A stretch of DNA of 64,000 nt from Armatimonadota bacterium (GTDB taxonomy: Bacteria; Armatimonadota; HRBIN16): positions 1,568,001 through 1,632,000 of the forward strand of contig OY781964.1 of NCBI GenBank assembly GCA_963677485.1, given 5' to 3'. This document shows, one piece after another, positions 19,641 to 29,830 of this stretch. Every line of letters starts with the position of its first letter. Positions within the stretch are counted from its first letter, which is position 1. The notes under the pieces were generated by a model. That model ran no database searches, had not been told where the DNA came from, and saw nothing but the letters and a program-made list of their open reading frames with translations. Both the position numbers and the translations under genes were made by a program.

Positions 19641-19719
19641 GTTCGTGTGCTCCTTCGAATCGTGGCGGGTATATCCATTATAACCAGTAAATAACGGCGT
19701 ATCCCCCGCGTTCGCTAAC

Positions 19720-20523
19720 TCACACCCCGTGGCTTCTGCGGTAGAACTCCCGTTGCAGCGCGGGGAGGGCTTCGTCGGATTTCACGGCCCGGATCAGCTC
19801 CACCATATCTGCGATGTTGTAGTCCGCATACCGGGCGCCACGCTCTGCGCTGGCGTGCCGTGCGTTGCCGAGGTAGCACTCTGGGCACCCGGAAAACCAG
19901 TTCAGACCGGTGAAGGCATGTCTCTCTATTCCAGCAGCGCGGTCCAGCATCGGGGAGACATCGTCAGTGACATTGTCGAGATTCACCGAATCCGCACCTT
20001 GCAGATGCATGGTCATGCTGGCTTCCCACTCGCAAGCGTGACCGGTTGGGCGGCCCTCGTTATCATCAGCCAGCATCTGATGGAGCTGCTCACTCTCCGA
20101 ATCCCACCAGTTTCGGTAATACACCACATAATCCTTTGGCTGGTGCATGTCGGTGAAGCCCATGAACCGCATAAAAGGATCGTTGCCGCCGTGTCCGTTG
20201 AGCACGATGATCTTGCGGAATCCGTTGCGTGCGATCTCTTCATACACGTTGCGCAAGAGCTGCACCAGCAGCTCAGGTTTCAGCGCGATGGTGCCCGCAC
20301 AGGCCATCGATTCGCAGACCTGCGCGAAATAGAACCCCGGGAAAACCACCGCGGGCTCCTGCTCCGCCGCCAGACAGGCCAGCTTATGCACGTTCAGGTA
20401 GTCGGTGCCCAGAGGCATATGGGCACCGTGGCGTTCCAGCGAACCAGCAGGTATGATGCACACTCCGCCGCTCTCGCGCACGGCACTATCGAAGTCCTTC
20501 CCGTTCAGCAGTTCCCATTGCAT
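19720..20523 (-). CDS. Creatininase-family amidohydrolase
   Basis: GSLERHGAHMPLGTD, NGHGGN, HACEWE. Confidence 0.92.
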   Translation of the reverse strand: MQWELLNGKDFDSAVRESGGVCIIPAGSLERHGAHMPLGTDYLNVHKLACLAAEQEPAVVFPGFYFAQVCESMACAGTIALKPELLVQLLRNVYEEIARNGFRKIIVLNGHGGNDPFMRFMGFTDMHQPKDYVVYYRNWWDSESEQLHQMLADDNEGRPTGHACEWEASMTMHLQGADSVNLDNVTDDVSPMLDRAAGIERHAFTGLNWFSGCPECYLGNARHASAERGARYADYNIADMVELIRAVKSDEALPALQREFYRRSHGV

Positions 20524-20559
20524 CGCAAGACTCTCCTTATATATATGTATGCTCAGGTG

Positions 20560-22551
20560 TCACTTCGTCCGTCGGTAGGTGATGATGGCCACGCCGGGTT
20601 GGTCGGAGATGGTCACGACCAGCCCCTTCTCCATCAGCTCTTTGCCCGAAACCCGCGTGGTGCCCTCGGTATCGAAGTTGGTCAATTCATACTGCGCATC
20701 TCGATCCAGCCCGCACAACCGGAATCGCTTCGTGTTCTCCTCACTGGTGTCATGGCGGAACGCCTGGATCACACCATCGCCCTGCTCCGGACGGTCGAAC
20801 TGCCAGGCGATCCACCGCTCCGGTGCCAGGGTGTAGGACGTCAACGGGTAATAGTCACCCAGCATCAAAGGGGCCACGATGCGGCATTCGTCGTAGAGTG
20901 CCTTGGCCTTCTTCATGTCCTGGTTTCCGCCCAAACCGAAGGCGGGCATATAGTAGCTGCGCGCGGGGTATTTCTCCACAGAATACACCCCGGAACCATA
21001 ATACGGAATCCAGGAGGATATCCCATAGGTCTGCCCGTGCTGCGCTTCCCAGTCCTTTGCTGGCTGATAGTCGCTTCGCAGCAGGGGCACCGCCCGTCGC
21101 AGCGTCTCCATATCGTTGCGCCGACCGCCTGAGGCGCAGGAGTCGATCAGCATACCGGGGTGACGGCGACGCAGCTCATCCCAAAAGGCGAGATAACCCT
21201 GAACATGCAGGTTCTCTGTGATGCCCTGCCGGTCGGGAGCGTCATTCGCCCGCCAGAAACTCAGCGGGTCGATGTTGAAATCCTGGCGGTAGTAGTCGAT
21301 GCCGTTCTCCCTCATGAAGTTGTCTGTGTGTTCCAGAACCCACTTTTGTGCCTCTGGATGACCCATATTGAGCAGCGCACCGCCGAGAATCCAATCCGGG
21401 TGGTTCTTAGGAAGCCAGCTATTCGGATCGCCTATTCGTTCCGGTTCGAACCACACAATCAGCTTCTTACCGCGGGCATGGATCCAGTCGGCGAGAGGTT
21501 TGAAGCCCCTGGGATACCGCACGCGGTCGACCTCCCAGGTTCCGGTCAACGGCCAACTGGGATCAGCCCCGCAGGGATACCAGCCCGCGTCGTTCCAGTA
21601 GACGTCGATGTCGATACCGGCCTCAGCGAAGCTTCTAGCCTCACGCCACTGCTCCTGCTCGCTGCCTTTGCAGGCCGGTGACAACTGCATCTGCGCGATG
21701 GGTGCCGGCGGTTTGCCGTTGATTTTGGGGATATTATGCGTCATGAACCATCGCCGCCAGAGGTTTTGAGCCCGCACCAAATCGGCACCTTGCCAGAACA
21801 GCAGCGCCATCAGCGGGGTTCGTATCTGCTCACCCGGTTTGAGTGAGAGATGCGTCAACTCCTGCCCCGCCACGATCCTCAACCCGTTCTGATCATCGCG
21901 TATGAAGGAGCTAGCCCACTGACCGGGCCAGCCGATGGCCATCATGACACCGCCGTCACTCCATTGGATGTTGTAATATGGCCAACCGTTGGCTCCGTTG
22001 GTCGGCCGTCCGCCATCAGGCGCGAAGTTGTGGGTCGTGTTCGGTTTGAGCACCCGCCGAGTGGGCTCGTAACCCTCGCGCACGTAGTAGTCGCCCTTGT
22101 TGCCGTTCAGAATGAAGTCGCGGCTGTCCGTCTTTTGAAACAACGTGTCGAGTGACCGGATGTCGCGAAAAATCGGGGTGTTCTGCTTGCCTGTGTTTTT
22201 GAAGTAGACCGTCCACTCGATGGCGGGGAAGTCGGAATACTCGACCGAAATACAACGCACCTCAAGACCGTTCTTCGCGTCAGTCCAAGTCACGGTGAGT
22301 TGTGAGCGGCTGGCATCCAACCTCTTGCGTTTCTGAGTTCGGGGCCATTCTGCCAGCAGCTTTTCCGACGGTTGGTCGCCATAGACGAACGAAAACGGCA
22401 TCTGTGCCTGAGTATCCGACAAATGCTGCTTGCTCCACTGGTCACGCTGCTGCATTTCCGCCGGACGCACAACGCCCTCCCTGGCATGCAGCTTGCGGGC
22501 CAGGATCATCGATACGCCGATGGTCAGTAATACGCCTAACGTTACGCTCAT
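20560..22551 (-). CDS. GH36-like alpha-galactosidase
   Basis: WNDAGWY, VWFEPE, YYRQDFN, IDSCASGGRR, LLRSD, GH36 C-terminal domain. Confidence 0.85.
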   Translation of the reverse strand: MSVTLGVLLTIGVSMILARKLHAREGVVRPAEMQQRDQWSKQHLSDTQAQMPFSFVYGDQPSEKLLAEWPRTQKRKRLDASRSQLTVTWTDAKNGLEVRCISVEYSDFPAIEWTVYFKNTGKQNTPIFRDIRSLDTLFQKTDSRDFILNGNKGDYYVREGYEPTRRVLKPNTTHNFAPDGGRPTNGANGWPYYNIQWSDGGVMMAIGWPGQWASSFIRDDQNGLRIVAGQELTHLSLKPGEQIRTPLMALLFWQGADLVRAQNLWRRWFMTHNIPKINGKPPAPIAQMQLSPACKGSEQEQWREARSFAEAGIDIDVYWNDAGWYPCGADPSWPLTGTWEVDRVRYPRGFKPLADWIHARGKKLIVWFEPERIGDPNSWLPKNHPDWILGGALLNMGHPEAQKWVLEHTDNFMRENGIDYYRQDFNIDPLSFWRANDAPDRQGITENLHVQGYLAFWDELRRRHPGMLIDSCASGGRRNDMETLRRAVPLLRSDYQPAKDWEAQHGQTYGISSWIPYYGSGVYSVEKYPARSYYMPAFGLGGNQDMKKAKALYDECRIVAPLMLGDYYPLTSYTLAPERWIAWQFDRPEQGDGVIQAFRHDTSEENTKRFRLCGLDRDAQYELTNFDTEGTTRVSGKELMEKGLVVTISDQPGVAIITYRRTK

Positions 22552-22571
22552 ATTCGGTCTCCTTGTAAGTA

Positions 22572-22652
22572 CTAGGGGCGTCCCTTGTGGGCGCCTTAAA
22601 CAAGAACTATCGAACGAAAAACGATTAGTGAGCCCACAAGGGGCGCCCCTAC
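22572..22652. repeat. REP doublet of the same family as 9214-9293
   Basis: taggggcgtcccttgtgggcgcc ... gagcccacaaggggcgcccctac. Confidence 0.8.
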
Positions 22653-22723
22653 GACGATATCAGATACAGCAAGGGCTGCCGTGCAAGCACGAGCGGATGC
22701 TTGGGTGCTTCTCATGCTAACCA

Positions 22724-25432
22724 TTACTCCCGCCCTACGACGACATCATCCACATAGAACGCGCCGGGCTTATTATCGGAGCCCATGACACCCAGCCAGT
22801 TGAAATTGGTGAAGCCCTCGCTGACAAACTTCAGCCCAGAGACCGACGCGCCATCCGGACCCAGCGTCACGGAGTAGCTATTCGCCCGGCCTTTACCTTC
22901 GGAGAACCGCACATTCACCGTCAGCCATTCGCCAGACGAACAATGGCCTATCGGCTTCATCACACCGCCATCGGAGGCCTGCACCGTGCCGTCTGGCATC
23001 AGCCTCAGGTAAGGGCCGGTGGCATATTTCGCGCCGATCATACCCGGCCAGTCACGCAGTTCCAGCTCCACAACCACGGGGTGGAGAGGGTCGTTGCGCA
23101 GTTTCGCTTGAAGATGGACCGCTCCCTTCATGGGTATCCGCTTGATGAACCAGTGCGGCTTCCAGACGTCCTGCGAGGGGCCGTCGACGAACTTCAAGCA
23201 ATAGGCTCCAGATGCAGGTGATTCTTCTGTCACGGAGCAACTCGTAGCTCCATCGGGAGGAACGGCCCCATCGGGTATGTCGCCAGAGTCATACTCCTCG
23301 AAGTCATATTGCAGAAGCCCCTGGGTGTTGGGGTCCGGTTTCGGCCCCTTCTCCACAGCTTGGTGGCTGATCTTAGTTGGCAGTTTGGTCCAGGCAGCGT
23401 CACCATACAGGCCGACTGTGCTCAAATCGATCGGCTGGATGCCCAGCTTCAGGGCAGGTGAATTAGGCTTCAGCCGGAAGTCATGCTTGCGGGCGTTCAT
23501 AAACCACGGGTCGGCCACGAGTGAGTGAGTATCGCGCCCGGTGGCCTGCCATCCCGCGAAGTTTAGGCCGTAGAAGTCGGGCGATGTTGTTTTTTCGCTG
23601 AAATAGCAGTTATAATCTGCCGAGAATTTGCCTTTGGCGGTCCAGTTATCACCATCAAACATCCGGCCGTTGGAGTTATACACGATGTTGTGCTCCAGCA
23701 CGGCGTGGCTGCTTTCGGTCTCCTCTGTGTTGTTGCGCACCAACTGACCGGCGCCAGCATATGCGAACACATTGTTCACAATCTCATCACCGTAGGGGTA
23801 TCCAAAACTGTGCAGGTGCAGACCGCCGTCACGGGTGTTGTAGACCACGTTGTTCTCCACGCGAATCTCGGAGCTCGCGGCGTCCAGGTAGATGCCCCAG
23901 CCGCCGTAGCCCTCTTCGCCGCGCTCAAACCGCGTGATGTCGTGGATGAGGTTGTGGTGAATCACTGTGCCGGCCGACACACCCAGGGTGTAGATGCCCC
24001 CGATGTCGTTCAACACCCCGTTGCCGATGTGGTGGATGTGGTTATACGCGATCTCATTGTGATGCGTATACGCTGGGTTTTTGGCGGTCCAGCTCCAGCC
24101 CATATGCACGCCCATCCAGCTCAGGTCGCATATCTCGTTATGGGTGATCCGGTTGTAGCTGGCACTTCCGCCCAGAAAGACTCCGCAACCAGCCCGGAAG
24201 ACTTTGCCGCCGTCGTGGATAAAGTTGTTGTCGATGGTATTATGCGCGGTGAGAAACCACTCCGCGGTGTTGGCTGGCCCCGCTTCCGACAGATAGATGC
24301 CGCCCCCGCCCGTATCGAATATGCGGCACCGGCTGACGGTGTTGCCGGAGCAGCCCTCCAGCAGCGAGACCGCGTGCTCACCCAGCCGCGTGAATTCACA
24401 CTCGTCGATGACGCAGTTGCGAGCACCGCGCCCCACGATGGCACCGCGCTGCGTTTCGGCTCCCTGCACACTGGGCCGGTAGCCAGGAGAGAGTTCCGCA
24501 TCGGTGTGCTGGAAGGAGAGATCACGGAACTGAAGGTTTTGCACATAGTTCCCAGACTCCGGCACGCCGCGCAATTCCAGAAGTGTCTGCTTCACCACCG
24601 GTGCTATGACCTCAGCCTTAGCCATGTTCTCACCCGGCACAGGATAATAATAGAGCAGTCCGGCCTTGTGGTCGAGATACCACTCGCCGGGAGCGTCCAG
24701 CGCACTGCGCAGATTTTCCACATAATACCGCACGTTTGGGCTCAAGAAGAATATCCCTGCCAGGCGCGTGAAGTCCAGACGGTGCCGAGTCCAGTCGGCT
24801 TTGCCCACACGGTTGTAGGAGTTCACCCAGTTGTGGAACAGGCAGATGAGCGCATCCTCATCTTGATCCCAAGGTTTCAGATCGCCCTCGGTAAAGGTCA
24901 GCCCGTCGCATTGCGGGTATGGACTGTTGCGGTCATCATATAGCAATCGGCGGGTGTAGAGATACTTCCCCTCGTTGGGGGTGCGCGCACGCACTCGCCG
25001 CTTGCCGTTCACAAAAAGCTGCGTAAAGGGTGCGGTTAGCGGCTTAGCCCAGGGCACATCTGCGACCCAGAGCTGCTTGCCCTGCCTGCGCCAGTTTTGG
25101 ACGAACCGCCCTCCGCTGATCACCGCCTTCGCTCCTGGCACAGATCGGTAGATGATTGGATGCTCCAGCGTGCCCGAATCCTGCGGTGTGAAGACCACCG
25201 GCTCCGTCAGACGATAGCCGCCTGCGTGCAGCCAGACCGTCACCGTCTCTGGTGTGGTGCTCCGAGCCCGCCAGGCACGTACGGCGTCGCGGGCACCAGC
25301 CATCGTGGCGACCGGGTGTGCCTTCGAACCGTCGGCGGAATCACTGCCATCGGAAGCCACATGAAACTCCACCGCACCGGCGGGAACTACCAGTGCGAAC
25401 AGCAGGCAAATGAACAGGCGAGAGTCCCTCAT
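22724..25432 (-). CDS. Secreted right-handed beta-helix protein (GH141-like) with C-terminal beta-sandwich
   Basis: FHVASDGSD, ALDAPGEWY, DIGGIYTLG, GWGIYLD; paralogous to 15116-17779. Confidence 0.8.
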   Translation of the reverse strand: MRDSRLFICLLFALVVPAGAVEFHVASDGSDSADGSKAHPVATMAGARDAVRAWRARSTTPETVTVWLHAGGYRLTEPVVFTPQDSGTLEHPIIYRSVPGAKAVISGGRFVQNWRRQGKQLWVADVPWAKPLTAPFTQLFVNGKRRVRARTPNEGKYLYTRRLLYDDRNSPYPQCDGLTFTEGDLKPWDQDEDALICLFHNWVNSYNRVGKADWTRHRLDFTRLAGIFFLSPNVRYYVENLRSALDAPGEWYLDHKAGLLYYYPVPGENMAKAEVIAPVVKQTLLELRGVPESGNYVQNLQFRDLSFQHTDAELSPGYRPSVQGAETQRGAIVGRGARNCVIDECEFTRLGEHAVSLLEGCSGNTVSRCRIFDTGGGGIYLSEAGPANTAEWFLTAHNTIDNNFIHDGGKVFRAGCGVFLGGSASYNRITHNEICDLSWMGVHMGWSWTAKNPAYTHHNEIAYNHIHHIGNGVLNDIGGIYTLGVSAGTVIHHNLIHDITRFERGEEGYGGWGIYLDAASSEIRVENNVVYNTRDGGLHLHSFGYPYGDEIVNNVFAYAGAGQLVRNNTEETESSHAVLEHNIVYNSNGRMFDGDNWTAKGKFSADYNCYFSEKTTSPDFYGLNFAGWQATGRDTHSLVADPWFMNARKHDFRLKPNSPALKLGIQPIDLSTVGLYGDAAWTKLPTKISHQAVEKGPKPDPNTQGLLQYDFEEYDSGDIPDGAVPPDGATSCSVTEESPASGAYCLKFVDGPSQDVWKPHWFIKRIPMKGAVHLQAKLRNDPLHPVVVELELRDWPGMIGAKYATGPYLRLMPDGTVQASDGGVMKPIGHCSSGEWLTVNVRFSEGKGRANSYSVTLGPDGASVSGLKFVSEGFTNFNWLGVMGSDNKPGAFYVDDVVVGRE

Positions 25433-25730
25433 CCGTATCTCCTTGAGCAGCTAACAGTGTAAGCTGCCGGATTTCGAAGCCAACACAGTGTCAGTTTCTT
25501 GGTCACTGGCTGGGTTTCCTTCCCAACGGTTCGGATAGAACCACTGTAATACCCGAAAAAGGCCTTACCATATTACTTTTCTGAGCCATCTTGCCATCAT
25601 ATGAACTATAAAATGGTAACCCCGTAGCATCTTGAGCTTCAAGCCAGACAGCGGTCGGTGATGGGCCATTCACTACGGTACCATGTAAATAGATGATTAA
25701 AATCATCTCAACACAACAGGAGACAACGAG

Positions 25731-25979
25731 ATGAAGACCCGAATCGCCTCAGTCCTCGCCATGGTGTTTGTCATGGGATTTGCCACCGCTGGTTTTTCGG
25801 CAGGGACCTGCCCAATGGCCGGCAAAGACGCTAAGCCCGCCTGCGCGAAGCAGATTGGCCAATGCGGCAAAAAAGATGGCAAGAAATGCACTTGCGCTAA
25901 ATGCAAAGACTGCAAAAAAGGCGCCAAGGCCGGATGTCCAGCACCTAAGGGCAGCAAAGGCACATGCCCCAAGAAGTAG
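25731..25979 (+). CDS. Small secreted Cys/Lys-rich protein
   Basis: AGGAG RBS 6 nt before ATG; signal peptide; 9 Cys in the mature part; hairpin downstream (~26007-26035). Confidence 0.75.
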   Translation: MKTRIASVLAMVFVMGFATAGFSAGTCPMAGKDAKPACAKQIGQCGKKDGKKCTCAKCKDCKKGAKAGCPAPKGSKGTCPKK

Positions 25980-26099
25980 TGGCCGCTTTCCTGCTAGCGG
26001 AATCTCCACCGCCCCAGTGGTCTCCACCGGGGCGGCTTGATTTTAAGTTTAACAGCCATCAGATAATTCGGCCATTCAGGATGTAATGGGATGGCCATC

Positions 26100-26475
26100 T
26101 TTCCCTTGCGCCGGCCGGAGCGAAGCGACGCCGGCCGCTATTGATCAGCCGTGCGGTGCAGGAACCCGCACTGGACGCAGTTCCCGGAGCGTCAGCTCCC
26201 GGAACGTAGTCGTGTGGGTGACAAAACCCGCGGCAACGTGGGATGGCAGCCTGCGATCCAAACACCAGACCCCGAGTCGACGGGTTCCATCGCCCCAGGG
26301 GGCTCCATCACCCGTCGCTGATCAAATGGCTGCCCGCGTCGCTTCGCTCCTGCGGGCGCTGGCGTAGGGCATCCTGCGCCCGCTTGCGGGCTGCAAATGA
26401 CTAGACGCGCGGTGAGGGAACCCCGTTAAGGGACGCCAGTCCCTTGGGGTGACTAAACCCGCGGCAGCATGGCTA
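26100..26475. repeat. Composite palindromic repeat mosaic
   Basis: 15-bp IR 26117-26131/26336-26350; direct repeat gtgac.aaacccgcggca.c.tgg (~26219, ~26449). 26278-26323 is the reverse complement of a module in the 46.5-47.8 kb array, and cgcccgcttgcgggctgc is shared with that array. Confidence 0.75.
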
Positions 26476-26598
26476 ATTACAAGCGATGCATGCCAACAGC
26501 ATCGGTTCGACTGGCTCGGATATCCACCAGACCGCCCCAGACCGACACCATTCAGGGCGCAAGCAATAGGATCAACACGATAGAGTGATGACGCTATT

Positions 26599-27603
26599 TT
26601 ACGTCTGACCCAGCCTGACAAGCTGACCGGATTGCGCACTGCGATACACCGCCTCTGCGATGGCGATGGTATGGCGGGCGTCCTCGCCCGTAATCGGCGG
26701 CGGGGTTCCGTTGATGATACTCTCCAGCCAATATCGAATCTCGTCCTCCACCGGATTGGATGCACCGAAGCCGATCTCCTTCAGATCAGCTTGTATCTCA
26801 TCCGCCGCATCGAGTGTGATACGCTCAGGATCAAACGGCGCATCGCTCCTGATCACCGCATTTTCATATCTCATGCTGAAACCGTAGCCGCCTTTGGTAA
26901 AGCCCGTGCCGCCCAGATAACTCGCCGCCAAGCCCGAGCCGAAATCCAGATGAACAGAGACCGCGTCCTCGATCTCGTGCTCTGGTGAGCGCGAACCCTT
27001 CAGGCTGGCATAAACGGCCTCAGGCTCCCCCAACAGGCAGCGCAAGAAATCCAGCTCATGTATCCCCACCTCATACAGATACCCACCGCTCTGCTGCACC
27101 GTCGTCCGCCACTCCGCGCTTCGGGTGTAGGCATCGTCGCCTACCCGCCACACGTCCGCGTTCAGCAGCTTGCCCAACCTGCCTTCGGATTGCCATCTCA
27201 ACAGCGTTTTGAATGGCTCGCAATACCGCAGCACATGGCCCACCATCAGCGTCGTGCCGGCGACCTTCACGGCCTCGTTCATCCGGTCGCAATCGGCGGT
27301 TGACAACGCCATCGGCTTCTCCACAAAAACCTGCTTGCCCGCCTTCGCCGCCTTGAGCACGCTTTCGCAATGCAGATAGTTGGGCACCGCGATGATGACC
27401 GCCTGGATATCGGGGCAGGCGAACAGTTCGTCCATGCTGGCCATCATTCGGCATTGGAACTCAAGCTCAAACGCCGTGGCACGCTCCGTGTCGATGTCTA
27501 CTGCCGCCACGATACGGGCCAGACCCGACGCCACGACACCGTGCGCCAACCCCACGCCCATGGGCCCCAGCCCGACGATCCCTACGTTCACACACTGATC
27601 CAT
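26599..27603 (-). CDS. Gfo/Idh/MocA-family oxidoreductase
   Basis: GIVGLGPMG, VFVEKPMA, GGYLYEVGIHELD. Confidence 0.93.
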   Translation of the reverse strand: MDQCVNVGIVGLGPMGVGLAHGVVASGLARIVAAVDIDTERATAFELEFQCRMMASMDELFACPDIQAVIIAVPNYLHCESVLKAAKAGKQVFVEKPMALSTADCDRMNEAVKVAGTTLMVGHVLRYCEPFKTLLRWQSEGRLGKLLNADVWRVGDDAYTRSAEWRTTVQQSGGYLYEVGIHELDFLRCLLGEPEAVYASLKGSRSPEHEIEDAVSVHLDFGSGLAASYLGGTGFTKGGYGFSMRYENAVIRSDAPFDPERITLDAADEIQADLKEIGFGASNPVEDEIRYWLESIINGTPPPITGEDARHTIAIAEAVYRSAQSGQLVRLGQT

Positions 27604-27768
27604 GAATCACCTCTATAGATATTACGAATCTTGTTCATCCGCGATTGAATACTGCTATCTCGAATTCTGAGTCATCTGCGTCATCTGTGGATATATATGC
27701 CCGATCTATTTCGGCCCCTGCGACAGGCTGTGCTCCACATAACGGCACAACTGGTCGATCTCGCCCAG

Positions 27769-29670
27769 TTAGTAATACTTCTCCAGCCTGAACCTGTCCA
27801 ACCCGGAGTGGCTCAGGATGTCCGCAAACACCTTCTCCTTCAGCCAATAGCCGTTGTCGTATTTCTCGCGCCGTGTCTTGGCTTTCAGGTGTCGCGAGTA
27901 GCCTTTAGGTATCTCCAACACCTTCAGGTCAGCCAGCTCCTGTTTGGTGTAGCTGGTCTTCAGCCCTTGGTCAAGCGATTCCGATCGGTTCAGCTTGAAT
28001 CTCTTCGCCAGCTTATAAAGCATCATCGCATCGGACCATAAATGGTCGCAGACATCGCCATACAGATCAGATATCTTGTCATAGCCCGCCTTGATCGACG
28101 TGCCCCGGAAGGACTGCGGCGTGAGCGGCTTGCCCTTCCACTTCGATATATTCCAGCCGTTGGGCCGTGTGTTCACCCGCGGGTCGATGGTCGCGCACAC
28201 ATCTGGATTCGGGTGATCCTGATCTGCGAACGCCGGAAGATCGACGGTTCTCTCCACCTGTTCGGTCGTGGCCTCATTACCGAACTCCACCGTGCTGTAC
28301 ACAATACGGTCGATATAGCCGTTGCCGTTGGTGTCTGTATATTTCACCTGCGGGTATCGCAGACCAGCCGGCGGCACCGGTCCCTCGGCGGTAGCTGTTC
28401 TGTCGACGCTGCCTTTATATAGACCCAGATAGTCCACCTGCCAGATGGAAAACTCCGAATGGAAGAGATGAATCCGTCCATCGAACTTGCCGACATACAG
28501 CTTGCCTTCTCCTTTGAAGTTCTCGTCGCGCTCGAAGCGGTCGCCGATCTTGTCCGCATACGGAACCCACGGCTCATAGATCGCGAACATCTCTTCCCAG
28601 CGATTGTCGTCGTTGTCCTCATCGAAGAGCAGGAATACACCCTTCCAGCCTTTGAAGTCGGTTCCTATCTTGTAGCCGTCCATATAGGGCAGATATCTGC
28701 GCTCCGGCTGAAGGCGTGTTTTGGCCATGTTCTCCGACAGGAACTCCGAGCCCTTCAATCCTATGATCTGGGGGATGGTCTCAGAATAACCGGTGTAGTC
28801 CAGACCAGCACCGTCATAGTTATAGTAGGTGAGCTGCATGTCCAGCGAATGAGCACGCTGAGGGCCGGTGTCCTTGTTCAGCTCCCAGGCCACCTCAAAC
28901 TCGCCGAGTGACCCCTTATAGCCGTTCGCGGGATCGCTAGTGTCAGCCGCCCGCATCACGATATCCACATACCCGTTGCAGTTCAGGTCATACCAGGCGA
29001 TGGGGTTTTCCCAGGCGTTCCGGGTGTCGGTTGTGTAGCTGTTGAGGAAGAACCCGGATCCGTTCACATTCATGATGTATCGGCCGCCCGGGTAATATCT
29101 CTGCTCATCTGCATAGTAGAAGGAGCCGAAATCCAGGAACGACATATCGCGTTCGCCGTTCAGGTTGAAATGCAGCTTGTTGGAATAACCTTGACCAGGA
29201 AATAGATGGTAATACTCACCTTCAGGGGAGCCGTCGCCGTTGAGGTCGATACTTCGGTAATACCAGTCGGTAGGAGAATCGAACCGACCGCAGCCGTCCC
29301 TGTCCACCAGCAACGTGTAGGAGCCCCATCCGGCTCGAATCGGGTTCCACATGGCAGGAGGATCTTGACCCACATTGAACGCTTTGTTCAAATAGGCGTT
29401 CCAGTCCTGCCCCTCCCACGCCTCAGGCCACGGTAGTTTACCGCTGTCAAAGACCAGCGCCACCGTCTTGCTTTTCCAGGTGGTGATGAGTGTGTCCGCG
29501 ACGCCGTCTTTGTTCAGGTCGTTATAACCCCATTTTAGGGTGGGATGATCAGCCGAACTGTATTTCAAAGGCAGCGGCTCCGCCTGTGCCGTTTTAGGCA
29601 CGATGAGACAGAGGGCCATCAGCAGTGAGATGCTCAGCCAGGGGAGGCAATCCATCAGCTTGTGCTCCAT
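27769..29670 (-). CDS. Secreted hypothetical protein with DxNxDG Ca-binding-like loops; C-terminus possibly clipped by an in-frame TAA
   Basis: Signal peptide; DLNKDG, DLNGDG, DLNCNG, DTNGNG. Confidence 0.75.
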   Translation of the reverse strand: MEHKLMDCLPWLSISLLMALCLIVPKTAQAEPLPLKYSSADHPTLKWGYNDLNKDGVADTLITTWKSKTVALVFDSGKLPWPEAWEGQDWNAYLNKAFNVGQDPPAMWNPIRAGWGSYTLLVDRDGCGRFDSPTDWYYRSIDLNGDGSPEGEYYHLFPGQGYSNKLHFNLNGERDMSFLDFGSFYYADEQRYYPGGRYIMNVNGSGFFLNSYTTDTRNAWENPIAWYDLNCNGYVDIVMRAADTSDPANGYKGSLGEFEVAWELNKDTGPQRAHSLDMQLTYYNYDGAGLDYTGYSETIPQIIGLKGSEFLSENMAKTRLQPERRYLPYMDGYKIGTDFKGWKGVFLLFDEDNDDNRWEEMFAIYEPWVPYADKIGDRFERDENFKGEGKLYVGKFDGRIHLFHSEFSIWQVDYLGLYKGSVDRTATAEGPVPPAGLRYPQVKYTDTNGNGYIDRIVYSTVEFGNEATTEQVERTVDLPAFADQDHPNPDVCATIDPRVNTRPNGWNISKWKGKPLTPQSFRGTSIKAGYDKISDLYGDVCDHLWSDAMMLYKLAKRFKLNRSESLDQGLKTSYTKQELADLKVLEIPKGYSRHLKAKTRREKYDNGYWLKEKVFADILSHSGLDRFRLEKYY

Positions 29671-29830
29671 TCAGACACTCCTGCAGTATTACCGGGTATA
29701 GACTGGCTTCAGTTTACCATTATTGGCGCCCAATGTCAGGACGTAACTTCCAGCCATCACTGCAGACGGGGCACGCAGGTGCGTGCCCCATTATTGCTGG
29801 TATCGAATATCTAGTGACTACCCAACGACC

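Noticed and set aside
27706-27771. Programmed recoding (Sec/Pyl) at the internal stop
   Set aside because: The codon is TAA, not TGA or TAG, and other genes here use TAA as a normal stop.
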